45,201 nucleotides of DNA from the IMG/VR virus record IMGVR_UViG_3300024054_000550, positions 1 to 45,201 of that record; one strand, written 5' to 3'. Positions within the stretch are counted from its first letter, which is position 1; each line of letters opens with the position of its first letter. This DNA comes from a virus. Taxonomy: Duplodnaviria > Caudoviricetes. Made by a program: the position numbers and the translations under genes. The notes below the pieces were generated by a model. That model saw only the letters and a list, made by a program, of their open reading frames with translations. It was not told the DNA's origin and ran no database searches. Below, in pieces: positions 44,207-45,201 of the stretch.

Positions 44207-45064
44207 ATGGAAAAAATTAATATAGATCAACTTCCGGAAACAAATGTCGATTGGTATGCTGATGGGGAACGAGCAAATGCTCTTGTTCTGAACAGACCAA
44301 TTAAACAAATAGCTGGAATTTATAATACATTTGCAGACCAATTCAATGCAGCTATTACGTTGAATAATGGCACAGCTTCATTTACAAATGCACCAAATTT
44401 AAGTTTAGATGCATCTAAGATTGTATCTGGTGTAATTGATGCTGCTAGATTACCATCATATGTTGATGATGTTCTTGAATTCGCAAATTTAGCTGGATTT
44501 CCTGGAACAGGAGAGTCTGGCAAGATTTATATAGCATTAGATTCAAATAATACATATAGATGGAGTGGTTCTGGTTATATAGAGATCAGCACAGGTGGAA
44601 TGGCATATGTCCGCAAGACATCTAACTATACAGCTGTTAAGAATCAAAGAATTATTGCTGATACAACTGGTGGCACTTTCACAATCACTCTTCCTGCCAC
44701 TCCTGGCATTGGTGATACAGTAGTTATTGCTGATGGGGGGAACTGGGGAACCACCAGTCTTACAGTTAATAGAAACGGCTCAACCATTGAAGGTGATGCC
44801 GAAGATATGACCCTAAATATCGGCGGTGTCTCTGCCCAGTTTACCTATGACGGAACAACATGGCAGGTATACACGCAAGCTGGTTGGAGCGCAGCCATCG
44901 CTGCCAATTCCAATCTCAACCCATTAGGGCGGATGAATCCAAGCACGCTTAACAGCAACGTCATCCTGGCAGCCGGGTACAACGCCGTTTCTGCCGGGCC
45001 AATTACCATCGCCGAGGGAGTCGAAATCAATCTTAACGACACCTCTAACTGGACCATTATATAA
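44207..45064 (+). CDS. tail fibre protein (copy B, inverted paralogue of 15065-16756)
   Basis: Near-identical N-terminal modules, different C-terminus; TATAAATA at 44172-44179, SD AGAGGA. Confidence 0.85.
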   Translation: MEKINIDQLPETNVDWYADGERANALVLNRPIKQIAGIYNTFADQFNAAITLNNGTASFTNAPNLSLDASKIVSGVIDAARLPSYVDDVLEFANLAGFPGTGESGKIYIALDSNNTYRWSGSGYIEISTGGMAYVRKTSNYTAVKNQRIIADTTGGTFTITLPATPGIGDTVVIADGGNWGTTSLTVNRNGSTIEGDAEDMTLNIGGVSAQFTYDGTTWQVYTQAGWSAAIAANSNLNPLGRMNPSTLNSNVILAAGYNAVSAGPITIAEGVEINLNDTSNWTII

Positions 45065-45075
45065 AGGATAACACA

Positions 45076-45201
45076 ATGAGCAATCTTAACCTTCGCAGCA
45101 TCACCGGTAAAGACGGCGGACCCGTCATGTTCCCGACTGGCATTTCCATCGGCATTGGCGCACCCGGTGGCGTCAACAACATTGGCACACCCGGCCAGCA
45201 A
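45076..45201 (+). CDS. 5' part of next fibre-cassette gene (truncated by window)
   Basis: SD AAGGA, MSNLNLRSITGKDGGPVMFPTGISIG..., GC-rich. Confidence 0.65.
   Translation, partial: MSNLNLRSITGKDGGPVMFPTGISIGIGAPGGVNNIGTPGQQ

Overview
About 45 kb of an AT-rich, T4-superfamily myovirus genome. Gene content and order resemble Campylobacter CP220/CP81-type phages; the host cannot be fixed from sequence alone, and the genetic code appears standard. Bases 1-4.6 kb form an RNA-rich island on the minus strand. It holds about 11 tRNA genes, tRNA fragments, five copies of a sigma70-type early promoter, rrn-like boxB/boxA leaders and at least four structured non-tRNA RNAs. The standout is a ~360-nt RNA (1814-2175) that rebuilds the complete uL11-binding/GTPase-associated centre (H43-H44) of large-subunit rRNA from three separated pieces, with two large insertions and a 21-bp closing stem. 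Next come a porin-like protein, a GH19 endolysin, an SLT, a VWA/peptidase, endonuclease VII, gp33 and gp55. The rest is the late structural module (fibres, baseplate, PAAR, gp5, tape measure, four tube-like paralogues, gp21-23), plus thyA, a Hef-like endonuclease, an intact IS200/IS605 tnpB element with three mini-derivatives at late promoters, and an inverted second tail-fibre cassette. Protein calls come from motif recognition and synteny, not database searches.
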